From Bigelowiella natans CCMP2755 (taxonomy: Eukaryota > Protista > Cercozoa), in assembly GCA_000320545.1 (NCBI GenBank), contig ADNK01001670.1, forward strand, positions 1 to 49,476: a stretch of 49,476 bases of DNA, read 5' to 3'. Of this stretch, positions 1 through 13,931 are shown in pieces. Both the position numbers and the translations under genes were made by a program. The notes under the pieces are model-generated. The model was not told the DNA's origin, did no database searches, and saw nothing but the letters and a program-made list of their open reading frames with translations. The first letter of the stretch is position 1; the number at the start of each line of letters is the position of its first letter.

Positions 1-110
1 GGGGGGGAGAGAGAGAGAGAGAGAGAGGAGAAAGAGGGAGAGAAAAATCTTCTTCATTTTCTTACTACTTGACACTTTTTGATTCTCTCTCAAAGGTAAA
101 AGGCGCTCAC

Positions 111-1549
111 CCCTTCACCGTTTTTACGAGCATTTTGGCTGTTTCCAGTGCTGCATCAAGGGCTGACACCTTAACCCCATTGAGCGTAACTCTCTGATGA
201 GGCACAATTAACGAATAGTTGCTCGATAAGCACTAGCGCAATGAAAGCAGGGCAAAGGCGCTTCAAAAGTTGGGATATTATTAATATTGTGACAGGAGCG
301 ACGTTGCACTCTTATTAGAATAACGATAATCTACTGAATAACGATAATCTACTGGGTCGGGGCTGGAAGAAGAGTAAGCGGGAAATAAGAAGAAAGGGGA
401 AAGTCCAGTCCTCTGTTGTTGCTACCTTGTTATAGATGCTCAGATCGACGATGATAATCACAGCAGAGTTTAGAGAGGCCTGTTATGCAGCATTAAGCAG
501 CGTGAGAACTTATATTTAATGTGATATATCTTGAGCTATTGTGAAGGATGCATGACTTGCATGTAGTGTTAGCTGTTGCTGGGCACAGAACATTTAAGGC
601 TGCTGATTGGAGCATATAAACTATTTCTCTTTCTTCCACCCCCCCCCTCCCCCCCCCTCTATCACTCCCACTCCTCCCTCACTCCTCACTTTCATCAGCT
701 TGATATTTTTCTTCTCTGAAAGGATTGCATCGCCTATGGAAGATTGCAGCAGTAGTGAAATTAGGAGAAGCATTGAAGACAATAGAAATTGTAAAACATG
801 AAGAGACACAAGAAATAATGTAAAGCTCAACGCTACCTGCGTACACCATCGTACATGTGACAGCTTCGGAGTTCATCGGCTGCTTCTTCTTCTTCTTGTC
901 ATCCTCCAGCTAATTGAGCACAAAACAGATTACCCAAATCATCGATGGGCGCACCTCATTTCCTTAGATTCTCACGTATTCAGTTACCGGCAAGACAATT
1001 TTGTGGGCAGCGAATTCTGTCAGTGATGGCGACACTACTCCGGTCTGAAAGTGGAGATCATCACTACATTGGATGGTACAACATTTCTTCGTACATAATT
1101 CAATGCGAGGGGTGCAGCATGGGAAAGCTGAAATCGGACAATATATTTCTGGAATATCTCAGCATACCTTTGACTGGTTGGCAGCTCCATACTTCGTAAG
1201 AAGCTGGCTGGTGAGGCCTTCTGAAACACTTTTTGGGAATCCGGAGATAACCAACCTGTGGTTTGTATGAGGGCAATACTACGTTCTTAATATGCTGACT
1301 CATCGTCTATCTAACCCTTGGGTATCTAGTATTCCCCAAATTTATCTACAAACATCGGCATGTTGACCGAGGGGGCGAGCCGGAGGCGGCCATTGCTGTC
1401 TTCGTGCAACAAGAGGTTCGTTCTTCGACAGTTCTGAGAGAAAGAATCAGCCCAGGTGGATTTTCCCTTCTTCTCATTGCGACATCGAAAACAAGTTGTC
1501 GCATATCGCTAAATGAATACGTCACTGCAACGATACCTAAAAGAGTCAT
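111..1549 (-). CDS. Partial multi-exon gene running off the left edge; possible vWA-domain protein
   Basis: Phase-compatible GT-AG exons (~910-838, ~734-691, ~480-427, ~193-111) join to LEDDKKKKKQPMNSEAVTCTMVYAGDAILSEKKNIKLMKASLNSAVIIIVDLSIYNKRVTLNGVKVSALDAALETAKMLVKTVK. This resembles the vWA beta1-DxS-helix start with a degenerate MIDAS. The 5' exons and the start near 1549 are uncertain. Confidence 0.45.
318..353. repeat. 18-bp perfect tandem duplication (intronic)
   Basis: gaataacgataatctact x2. Confidence 0.9.
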
Positions 1550-1706
1550 TAGCTGAATTACCGGTGATTGAGCATTTACTAATTAATGGAGGGTTTTTTT
1601 TAAGTGAGACATCCAAATGAACAATACTTAATTTTTAATCTCGAATCACGTTTGAACGACGAAGTTGCTGGTTCAAATTCCGACATTCAACGTCGTGCTG
1701 GCTGCT

Positions 1707-4289
1707 ATGGCTGCCCTCCCTCTTAGCCTCATCAGCAGGCGTTCGGCACTGCGCTGCAATTCGAAGACTGTGATGGTGGGGGTCTGCGTATACGGTGGAT
1801 TTGTTTTGTCGCTCTTCGCGCCTCGCTTTGGAAGGCACAATAACCGCAGGATCCAAACCGTGCCTGGGTATGTAGTATGTAGCTTCGTTGTAGAGCGAAA
1901 CGCAGTCGACCGCCATCACAACAAATAAAAAATCTGCTCATCATCGTTACATTGGAACCCTGACTTAACAATTCTATTTTTCAAGGATGATTAGACGTGG
2001 GATGGCGTTCTCTACGTCGTCATCACCTGGATCTGCCCTCTACATTCGAACACCGCTGATTCACTCACTGCCTCTCTCTCGTCGCATTGGAAAGGACGTT
2101 TATCTCAAGCTGGATTGTCTGCAACCTACAGGCTCATTCAAAGATAGAGGCCTGTCTGAGTACGTTAGGTAGTGCATTGCAGCACGTGCTGCAGTAGAAA
2201 GTAGTAGCAGTAGTAGTAGTAGTGGTAGTAGTAGTAGTAGTAAAGTAGTAGTAGTAAAGTAGTAGTCGTTAGTTTGCTTCTGAGTTTTAGAATAAGTACT
2301 AAAAGCAAGCTCCGAAATCCACATTCATATTCTTAAAACGTATCGATAATAGATCTTTTTAGCTACTATATCTGTACGTGTAAACCGCTCCCATTCTTCA
2401 GATTTGTTAAGGAAAAACAGAATGCTAAGCGCATCATTTCCTCCTCCGGTGGCAATGCGGGCCACGCGGCAGCATGGGCGGGGAACTCATTAGGTGATTT
2501 TTTGATGCGATAGATTAGGAAAGTTTACGTGATCTTCCTATCAGCTCCTCTGAATTTTGACGAATTAAAGAGAAAATCGAATGAGTCTCACAACAATATC
2601 ATTTCGCAGCTGACAACTGTATGTGATTTGGATGATCGTATGGCTGTCAAATCAGCTAATTACATCACTGTTTTGACACGATTTCACATTATTCTCATAG
2701 GACTGAACGTAACCGTTGTCGTCCCTAAAAGCGCGCCTAAGTTTATGGTCGATAAGATCAAGTCACATGGCGCAGAAGTGATCGTTCACGGAGATGTGCG
2801 TGCGACATTTTACTCCGTTGAGAATGCCCATAATCACGAATATTTGCCATATTCTTCGGCGAATTTCCTGTCTCCCACTGCACCCCAATTGTATCTCTCC
2901 CCTTCCGATATATCCTCGATTGATACAATTCGGCATTTTTCCTTCCAGGTTTGGAAGGACGCTGATAATCTAGTCCAAGAAATGGTGGCAAAAGACCCTG
3001 AGGCGGCGTAAGCAGCCTACTTCGATTCTCCTAACCATTGCAAATGCTAACGATTCCCTGATCCTCCTCTCAATAAACCAGGTATATTTCGCCGTATGAT
3101 CATCCAGTGATATGGGAGGGTCATAAGTCAATGATTGAGGAAGTCTACGAGGACTTCAAAACGATGGGCGAAGCGACACCGAGCGCTGTTGTCTGCTGCG
3201 TCGGAGGGGGGGGGATGCTCTGTGGGATCTATGATGGTCTCGTCGAGTGCGGGTGAAAGCACCACTGACAACACAACACACGATATAACTTTTTATTTGC
3301 GCGCACGGTTCGGTGATGAATGGTTTCGCGCGTTGGGACTATCATTTGCATATGTTGATATCAACCTCATCATTTTCAGCATTGCTGTTACTATCATCGT
3401 ACTCATCACTATCTTGCTTATTACATAATAAGCAATACTATAAGCAATGCTATCTTGCACATGTTAATTCCATCGTCACATAGACTCGCCATAGCAACAT
3501 CAATTTGAATCATCACGAGTAATGTATAGTATTCTGTCGCTACGGTAAACACGTCTTATCATCATCCTAGGTGGGGCGACTATACCTCGGTAGTAACCGC
3601 GGAGACGGCAGGTGCAGCATCTTTCGCAAAAAGCGTGCATTCCGGTGAGCACGTGACCTTGGAGAAAATCGAGACCATAGCATCCACCCTTGCAGCTCCC
3701 AAAGTGGCTGATGGTGTGATTGAGAGGATGAAGTCCTACAAAGCGGGTAGATGATACTGAATCAGTGAATCAACGACGATGCCAATGAAAAGGGGGGGGG
3801 GGGCAACGGAAAGACGAAAGCAGAAGCTTCGAGATTCCGAAAATAAGAAATCGTCAATAAAAAGTAGATTTGTACAATATATGTATATTAGTTAGTTTCA
3901 GTGTCTGTGAGTACCAAATATCGGTGAGAATTATTAATGGCGCAACTATTATACCTTATCTGTGTAAAACAGCCTCCTCAGTTGCCAACCTGCCGAATAT
4001 TGTAGGTACTCATGCGGTCGGTGATGTTTCGGACCCTGAGGCAGTACAGGCGTGCGTGAGTTTCTCTCGAGATCATCGTTTCCTCGTCGAGCCATCATGT
4101 GGTGCAGCTTTGTCGCTACTGTATAATGACAGGCATAAGAGCCTATTTGATGCAAGCTGTCGCAGCAGTAGCGAGGAAAGGGGCACACAGAGAGGGGAGG
4201 GACCAATTGTCATGATCGTCTGCGGGGGAGGGGGTGTTGATATGAGCATCCTTAACGGATTCCAGAAGAAGCTAGGACTGACAGAATGA
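1707..4289 (+). CDS. SDS: PLP-dependent L-serine/threonine dehydratase (fold type II) with N-terminal extension, 8 exons
   Basis: Spliced exons give YIRTPLIHS..VYLKLDCLQPTGSFKDRG (PLP lysine), SSSGGNAG, ISPYDHPVIWEGH, VGGGGMLCG, AETAGAASF, LVEPSCGAAL and IVCGGGG. All introns are GT-AG and phase-consistent. An upstream exon at 1707-1867 splices in frame to 1986. Confidence 0.93.
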
Positions 4290-4329
4290 AGTGCTCTCTT
4301 AGTTTTATTTTGGACTGAATGAAAGCTTG

Positions 4330-5300
4330 AGCTATCATGGCTAGCTAGCTAGGGTGTGCGACCAAAAAATTTTATGACATGAGAAACGATAAGCATCGGC
4401 ATCTAAGGGTTGCAGTCCTAAATATGAAACATGTGATTCATTGCCTGCCAACTATGTGGCTCCTGTCGCCGCAGTACAAAATGACTGATGAGCCGCGCTT
4501 ACAATAACTAAGCCTTATTAAATTTTACCAGAGGGAAAGGTGATGCGTCGAGTATCGTAGTACTTGATAAACGCGAAAGGCCAGCTACAACATATCTAGA
4601 TCTAGATTTATGAGACGGATGTGGCGATGTGATCAAATCTTGTCAATCTAGCAACAGTCGATCATCATAAAGTGGCTACGAAGAGCAGCGACTGCATAAG
4701 CAGCGTTTGTGTTGGATCCTTGTTTGTTTCTGCTGTATTACGTGCTTCATGCATGCAACTATCGCGCTAAATTTATTGCCACATATTAAATGCTTTATAG
4801 CAAATGGTATGTACGTAGCCATCTACCCATGCATGGCATCAGCCGTATGTGAAACTCTTCTGCTGCTTCGCGCCTCATTAAGTGTGGATGTTCGATAGCT
4901 ACATAAACTGAAAAAGTTTTAAATCACACATAGCTTCATGCTCATATGCTAGATATGGTCAAATATACCCTAACATTACATACGAGCTGCAGTGACTTGC
5001 GAAATGATCCCTCACTAGCTCAAGCCTGGGCATCAAATCTAGATTATGACATGATTGGGTTTTAGCCAAAGCTCGGCGCTAGTAATAGCATCATAATGCG
5101 ATTCGTGCATACGTGACGAGAACACTGCTGTGATTAGAAGCGACAGTGAACGACAACTGATGGCATGGCGCTCGTGAATATATCACTGCAGATGCATAAT
5201 CTACACATGTCCAGCACCTGGTAGATGCACTTCGGACATTTATAAAATAACCCTATTAATACTAACTATAACGTCTAATGGCCAGCTGAAACATGGCGTT
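4330..5300. other. CTAG/TGCA/CATG-rich island in convergent spacer 1
   Basis: ggctagctagctaggg at ~4339, tctagatctaga, many gcatgc/tgca; no spliceable exons found. Weakest of the five islands. Confidence 0.45.
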
Positions 5301-5403
5301 GTATTGATCCCCGCAAATTTGATCCTCCACGATGACGGCGCAAGTAGCCGATGTTACACCCCCTGATTGCAGCTGCTTATCTACTATTTACTACCACTAT
5401 TAA

Positions 5404-5441
<38 letters not shown>

Positions 5442-5568
5442 CGCACTGTTAAATCATCTATTTGAGCTGGGGCTCAACAAGGGGTCGTTCGGAACATTAC
5501 CACCTGAGATTTATATATACCACATGCATGCACCTTAGTACTACGAAACTTCTCTCATTGAGCTTCAT

Positions 5569-6324
5569 TTAAAGCTTCTCACCGTTATTACTAGAGTATT
5601 GTTTGTCGTCGCAGAGCTCCGAGGCCTTTTGAATTATCTGAAAGAGAAGCATCAATCATAAATGTCCTGCCCAATGTGTGTGCAAGCAAGAAAGTCTTAG
5701 TGCGTTTATTAGTTTGTGTGCACGCGGACGCCCCCATTTTGCGGCGCTTCTCGATATAAATGACATATGAAACAAATGGGTAGCACACTACCTGGCCTGT
5801 TATGTCTACTATATCTGTATCGATCGATCTCGTAATTGCCTACAAAACAGTAAGCAGCGTAAACACGAGTTATATTGTTATGACAGCATCAACATTATGC
5901 GAAATGGCACTGACCATCATGTCCTTTCTAAGGCAATCGTTCATTGCTTTTATCGTTGCGGCCTCTCTTCGAAGTCCTGCCAATCGTTTCCTTACGTGCT
6001 CCACGCTGTTGGTACACCGAGCACAACCAGGGGATATTCGTTTTTGATTATTTGCTGTCGATATATCTACTACTACTACTTCAACACTCTCTCTCACACA
6101 CACACACACACACAAACACACACAAACACAAACACAAACACACACGCACAGAATACAGCAAAACGTCACAGATATGGCAATGAATACCTCGGCTCTTTAG
6201 GCCTCGTGGGATCTATTTTGAACGAGAAGTGACCGCTGCTCCACGAGCATACCACCTTTGAGATACGATAGTTGTAGGAATGATAACCATTAGCAATTGA
6301 CAACAGCACATCATAGCACACTGT

Positions 6325-6368
<44 letters not shown>

Positions 6369-6461
6369 TATATTATATTGCTCTCTGTTTATTGTTCCAA
6401 CGTTCTATCCTTTTTCTTCTTTCTCTTCTTCTTCTTCATCAACAACAACGATATCATTTTG

Positions 6462-6505
<44 letters not shown>

Positions 6506-7377
6506 CTTTCCCTCTCTATAACCTTGGTGTCCTCCTTACTATACAGTGCTCTACCAGGTGCACAATGCGTAACCTAGATGAAGATATTGCCATCACGATG
6601 ACGATGATAATCACACTAATGGGTTGCCTATATCTGCGGGCAAGTAGATACAATTAGAGATTCCTTTATTAGGCTATTATTTAACGTGCCTTTTCTCGCC
6701 CCCCCCCCCTCCCATCCCTACTCTGCCTTATTACCACCTCCACATTCGTATCTAAAAGAGGGGGCTGTTGGCATGATGAGAATGACCTGGACATGTGTCT
6801 CGCCTATTGTGTAGAAATAATCTTCCTCGAAGACGTATCGGCAGCAATCCAACCGATCCAACAAGGCAGCCTGCATGGAGGAAAAACCACGATGGCATTA
6901 ACGTCCGCACTAGCAGACTGACATATACCAGTAGCATACAATATATATATATATATACACATATATATATATATTTATATATATGTTATATACTGCTGGG
7001 GCAACATGCGTTGCAGAAGGCTGAACTTCCGTCGTTTTTTGGCCTGTTATTTGCCCTGCTCAATCGATAGGCAGGACAGACAAAGGGTGGGGTTCTGTTT
7101 ACCTTGAGATTTTGCCTCAAATCTTGTAGATGTTTCATGAAATTGCCCTGTAGCGTGTCTTGGATAAGAGCCTGTGTAACGATGAAATAAAGGCAGGGAA
7201 GAAGGATCAAGTTACGAGCATTTTGTATCTTATCCCTCGCATCTTCATTCCTCTGCTGAAACCCCTCCTTGGCCCTGCTGCTGCTGCTACTGCTACCTGC
7301 GACTGTTCGTGTTCGTTCTTGGACTCAGTGGTTTCCTTTTGAAACAAACAGTGGGAGGAAGAGGAGGAGGAGGAGGA

Positions 7378-7428
<51 letters not shown>

Positions 7429-7710
7429 TTATTATCGCATCAGCACATTTGTCTCCTTCCATGGTTCTCGTGACACGCAACGGAGGTGCCACGAAATAGC
7501 AGCAGCAGCAGCAGCAGCAGCAGTGAAAGATGACTCAACCTGATGGATATCCAGGGCACGTAGACTGACGGACTTGGCGATGCCGTTTGCTATTATTCGC
7601 ACTTCTGCAGGGATTAGGCCGCAAAAGTTCATCTGAAGCGATGTAAGAGTGCTGTTGGCCTGGAAACAGTCCGTGAGCTTCGATACGGCCTGATGATATT
7701 GATACGTGGC

Positions 7711-7746
<36 letters not shown>

Positions 7747-7831
7747 AATTATAATGATGATGAGGAAGAGGATGAGGATGAGGATGGACCGCAAGTACTC
7801 AAATATATCAGTATGCATGATATTATACACT

Positions 7832-7910
<79 letters not shown>

Positions 7911-7945
7911 ATTGTGTATACCCTTCTACTTGTTTAGTTATCAAT

Positions 7946-7988
<43 letters not shown>

Positions 7989-8107
7989 TCCGTATCCCCG
8001 CAATATTTGAATCCAAACTTGTTGCTGCCGATATCTAATGTGCGCAGGCTCTGCAAGAGAACCAACACCAACGAGGGACATGGGCTTCAATATGTGCACT
8101 TATACAT

Positions 8108-8142
<35 letters not shown>

Positions 8143-10152
8143 TATAAAACAACCACAAAGTTCCTCTCCCACCCCCCCCTTTCCCTTCGCCCTTCTCTTC
8201 ACATATACACGCACACATCGTAGTTGAAGAAGAAAGAGATAGTGATAACACATGCATTAGAAGACAAACAGAGCAGCTCAAAATTGACGACGCAACGACC
8301 CTATTCCTCCTTAGCATGGCGGTTATTGCAAGCGCTCCCACCCGAGTGAATCCCTGAGAGGTTTTTGGGTTGTATTTCAATCGATGTTTTCCGGCATTTC
8401 AGTCAATACTCCGAAGGAAAAAAACGCGCACGCACACGCGCATATAGAATGGTGTCGATGGGTCTTTTTGTTTGCGAACGATGAAACTTTCCTTCTCCGG
8501 AGAGAGGAGATTCAGAAAGCAAGATTCAACTGAAATCACCAATACAATATATATATATATATATATATATATGTGTTATATAAATCATGCTGCAGTTTAC
8601 TTAGTAGTGTCGTATTGGTTATAAATACCGTGCATCGTATATTGAGCGACTTGAGAGATGTGTTGCTGTTCAGGACATTGCAGATGCTTACAACACCCTG
8701 GTAACAACATATACATATTTATTAATATCAGGAGCTGGGCGGGGGGTACACAAAATCGTCACGAAAATTCTCTTCAAAATTCTCCCCAATAGCAGTTGAT
8801 ACTACGATTGCATCACAATCATCCATCCCAGGGGTAGTAACTGATTTCAGCAGCTGATTCAAGACTCTCCTCCTCCTCCTCCTCCTCCTCCTCACATCAC
8901 CAGCACTGATCATCGACTCACCGAATCGTGGATTTGGTTGCCTCTCAGGTTGAGAATAGCCAGTTTCGAGTCAATCACACGCAGGGACTTCGCTAGCGCC
9001 GCTGCTCCGCGTGGGCCGATCTCATTCTGAGCTAACTCGAGCCACACCAACGATTGATTCATCGTCAAAGCAGCAGCAAGCTCCTCCGCGCCTTGGTCGG
9101 TGATCCCCCCTCTGTTTAGCTTGAGGCATGTGAGTGATGTGTTTGCTTTCATACTGTCGCGAAATCGTGAGTGAGAGGCTAGGAAGGTCCCGAGGGCATT
9201 CCGGGATAGATCCAAGGCAGTGAGCATGCAAAAGCTTGAGCGCAAAGCCATAAAGAGCACGTTTAAGCCCGACACATCGAAGTCGTTATCGCTGAGATCT
9301 AGGCACCTCACCTACAATAGTAGTAGTAGTAGTAGTAGTAGTAGTAAGAAGTAGTAGTAGCAGCAGCAGCAGGAGCAGCAAGGACAACATAGGGAAGGAA
9401 TTACAGTCATGATAACGAATAAGAGCGATAAAATTGTGATGCGTCCATATCTGTGCTGACAAGAGAACAAAAACGAGCGTTCTCTCTGCCCCTTCCCCCC
9501 CCCCCCCCCTTCCCCCTTCCCCCTAAATCTCTCAATCCGAAGATTTACGCAAGCATGCCGACAACATAAGCAACCACCACCACTAAATAATACTAGCCAG
9601 GTACTACCGCGCAGAAGGGCGAAGGCAATGCCCACGCCACGTACTCAAGCTCGTGATTTGAGATGTGATGCGCACGGAGCGACACCATCCTCTCCCCCAG
9701 CGGCATGACCGCGTTCTTCTTGGGGTCCATGCCAACCATCCTATCGTGGGTGTGGTAGAGCTCATCGCTCTCCGTAAACAGGCGCTCCTGGATCCCCCCC
9801 GGGATGAACTGCACGTCTACTTGGATCAGCGGGGCCTGGGGCTTGGAGAATGCCTTTGGCTTGGGGCGCAGCGCCACCCAGTGCCGGTTGAGCCTCCCAG
9901 TCTTCTCCTGAACCTTTGATAGCCGCAGCATGCCCTCCGCCAAAGAGACGTTGGGCGTCTTCTCGTTGAAGAGCTTGAAGACGAGGATGGGGTACTGCTT
10001 GTTCGGAACTCTTTGCATGATGCACCGCCAGAAATCAGACATCTTCCAGCAGAGATCGAAGCTGTCTTCCTCCTTTTCATCGAGTGCGGAGCTCGGTGGG
10101 GAGGTGGCCGATGATGATGATGATACTGATGACGATGAGGCCCTGATGAGAG

Positions 10153-10201
<49 letters not shown>

Positions 10202-10766
10202 AGAGATCAAAAAGTGGGTTTGTTGTTGTGTGAGTGTCGTCGTGCTGAAGCGCGATCAAATACATAGCGACAACTAAAACAGCAGCATGCAGCGTTTATT
10301 TCCAACCAAGCGCGAGAAACAGCAGCTACCTGGGAGAAGCGTTTGAATTGGTCGTTGTGGAGGCCAAGAGAGACGTCACTTCAAACACCGCCTTGCAGCC
10401 GCTATCTACCCACAGCATATTGCCCTTCACACCGTAGTTCCCTGCTTGCCTCGCTGTCCCACGGCGCATCGGCACCACCTGGGACAACGCCTTCTTCACA
10501 GACACGAACGTGATTCTCCCATCCAGCATTAGCTGTGCTGATTGCGCTGTCGGCTCAAGGGTTATCGCACGTGTGACGGAGCTTCGTCGGATGCAACCTC
10601 CTCGTACTCGACGTTCTTGAGCGTGAGCTGTAGGTCGCTCCGCTGCGGAGGGTACCTCTTTAACTCTGTGCGGCCAATCTCCGCCGCAGCGCCACTGCCA
10701 CGCTCCACCAGTGACACAACAACGCCCCAGCGGCCTGTGGTGGGGGGGGGGGGGGGAGGAGAGGGA

Positions 10767-10809
<43 letters not shown>

Positions 10810-13800
10810 GAAAAGGGTAGATATCTGAGAGTTGCAGAATTGGTTTCCTTAGAAACGAAACGGTTTTTGATTTTCGAAAGCACATAGGATTGGATGAAGG
10901 GGGGCTTGGAGAAGTCCGTCATCGATGATTCTCTCTAATAAGGTTGCTGCTGCTGCTGCTGCTGCTGCTGCTACTACCTCGCTTTCGAAAATGACTCATC
11001 CCACGCAAATGAACATGAAGGAAGGGCCCGGAAGGCGGGATGTTGCTCAGCTCGTCAAACAACGTATCACGGTCGGTTACGGTGAAATGGATCGATGTTG
11101 CTTTCGGGAGGGGGAAATATCTGACAAAGAGCACCCATATTAACAGTGGCCGGAAGGGGCTAAAATTCGTACAAGACAACCGTATACAGAGCTTCTTGGC
11201 CCATTTTGGAATGTCGTTCTTCACGAAACCGGCGAAAGCCTGCGTCTGGCAAAACTGCTTTAGAAACTGCCGGTGCGTAGGGATGCGGGACATCAAGAAT
11301 CGTTGCCGGTCGAAATGCCTTTTCTTATGGTTCTGCATAAATTCAAAAATGAGCAACACTTGGTAGGGGAATGATGCAGAATGAAACCATGCAGCGGTAG
11401 TAAATGTACATGATTAAGATTCAATAAATCTTGCAAAATCCTTTCTTTCTCTCTCTCTTTAATGTAAGATAAAACATACAAAAATATACAACCAACGCTC
11501 ATCATCACCACCTGTTCTCCTCCCCCTTTGATATCCTCCATTATGGAGTAGGAGTCACGACGCTCAGTTTCCGTAACGAAGTACTCATATCCATTCAGCA
11601 TCTTGAGAAACACTACTGCTACCGCCTCTCGTATCACCTCACCTGTACTCATACTCTCCTTCCCGCCTCGCACAAATGCTGATGACGATGACTCTTTGGT
11701 GTCGTTATTTGCCGTCGATGCTGATGTTTTATCTGCCGCTACGGCTTGGAGATCGCTATCTGCCACTAGAGACGATGAGGAAGAAAATCCATCGATCGGT
11801 TTGATCGGAGGCCTATCCCTATCTAGCGCCAAGCTGCATTGTAGGTAAAGAAGGTGATATATTCAATGCAGAGATGATAGTCTGTATGTGTGTGAGAGCT
11901 GGCGTCGCGCGCGCGCGTGCAGGTGAAATGGTGGTGGGACATGATAAGAAGCACACGAAAAGCATTTCGAGGAAACGATCAGCAGCGCCTACCTTTGAGT
12001 GCGCGACTTAAGTAATGGGCCCGACGAGGACGAATGCAGTTTCATCTGCGTGTAGTGAGCATCTCGCAACCAGTGCTTAGCAGTGCCAACTTGTATTCTG
12101 AGATATGGTAGTAGAAGTAGCAGAAATAGATATGGCAGAAGATATAAGAAAACCAGCCTTTCAGAATCATCATGAATGAAATCTCCCTTGATAAGACAAA
12201 ATAAATACTAGCTTATTTTACCTTCGATCTGCTACAATCGGATCTGCAATGACCACCTGTTTTACAACGTCCATAAAAATTATGTGTGCATTTAGTAAAG
12301 GCGCAACGTACAAAACGGCGAGTTTCAGTACTGACGATGCAATAACAGGTTTCGTATTTTCGAGAAAACCTCCACCACCAACAACAAACCTCTCGCTTCA
12401 CTCCAGATAGCCAGTAGCTTATCTTGAGCATCTTTGGCCACGATTTGCATGGATCAAATCGAAAGAGCTTGGACAGGCGAAGGCCCTTGTAGAGCACCAA
12501 CCAGCCCGAGTGCGACATGTGCCGCAACGCGTTGGTGACATCTGCCTGGTACTTGTTGGTAGATGATTTGCCAGTTGTCCATCCGTATCTGTTGTTGTTG
12601 GTGGTGGTGGTGGGGATGATGAGAATAGCATTGACAACGCCATTCGACTATTCGAAGAATGGAGGCATGTATAGGGGCGCAGCGGAACAGATGGAGTGAA
12701 TACTGCGGCCATACTTGCAAATTGCAAAATATAGCGATTTGAAGTTCTCAAAGAACAGCATCATCATCATCATCATTATCATCATCATCCAGAACGAAAT
12801 CATTCGAAAACCGTAGTGAAGGACACGTTTATCAGCAGTGTACTATGCACCGCATGAACCCCTTCACACCAGTCCCTCATCTCTTACACTCTTCAAAAAT
12901 CTCCCCTACACTGTCACTGTGCAATCTGCGCTCTGCTAATGCTCTACTTACTCGGCTTTCTGAATGCCCTCTGACGGCACGGTATTAAACACTTCCGCGT
13001 CCAACCGTGCAATCTCCTGCTTTCGCTGATTGATTTCGCGTTTCAAGATGCTGTTCGCGGTTGAGGAGGACGAGGGGGAGGGAGATGATGCGGAAGAGAG
13101 CTTTAGCACGGACGGCTTAGGCGAGCTGCTTGATGACGAATACGAGTGACTTGCAGCTGGGGAGCTTGGCAGCCCCCCCCCTCCAATACTAGAGAGAAAC
13201 ATTGCTTGGGACGAGGAGGAGGGCCCTCCTCCACCGCCCCCCCTCCCTCCTGCACCACCTTCGCCCCCCCCACCCCGGTGCGTCTGGAAGCGATGGAGCA
13301 GCCCCAGATCAAGCGCCTCGACTGGTGCCGTCCTCATGAGGACATCGGAAGTGTACTGCAGCCTGGCAGGGCTGTCAGAGAACTTGCTCCTTGGGTGAAC
13401 GGGTTTCAGGAGGTGGTACTTGCGAAGGCCTTCGCCGATTTGCACGGCCTCTGCCCTTGTGCGAGCCACACGCTCGGTCACCATCCAATCGACGAGAGAC
13501 TGGCCTGTCAGGTAGAAGGGATACCCATTGCGAAGGTCCTGGTCGCAGTAGAGAGCTACCCCCGATCCAGGCTCTTTCAGGCGCTGGAAGAGAGAATTGT
13601 AGTGCCACGGAACCTGAATGGGGAGAGGGGGGGGGGAGGAGTGCAGGGAGGAGCGTAGATAAGGAAAACGATATATGTGAGTAGTGGTTCTAAAGGATGC
13701 TGAATAACAAGGGAGTTCCTTTTCTTGCCCCCCTTCACTCCCCAAAACTCAAATACTATGCGTCGTTTCTTCTTTACTCGACGACTCACATCTTCTTCGG

Positions 13801-13899
13801 TGAAATCGAGGTGAATCCAATCCTCCGAAGTATCAAGTTTTTAATTTTTTTTTGGTTTTAGGTGATGGCAAGATTATCCACTATTTGATTATCATATTC

Positions 13900-13931
<32 letters not shown>

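Noticed and set aside
5263-5282. taactataacgtctaatgg resembles the LSU rRNA / I-CeuI site TAACTATAACGGTCCTAAGG
   Set aside because: Only 11 contiguous matches and no flanking rRNA similarity; likely chance.
10533-10600. Apparent frameshift or 17-nt micro-intron between two coding frames
   Set aside because: Resolved by a canonical 65-nt GT-AG intron that also gives a better domain match.
10735-10930. Apparent AT-AC or GA-AG intron after the MTDFSKPP frame
   Set aside because: A single canonical phase-1 intron (~10978-10735) joins FRKR to GRWGVVV, so no non-canonical site is needed.
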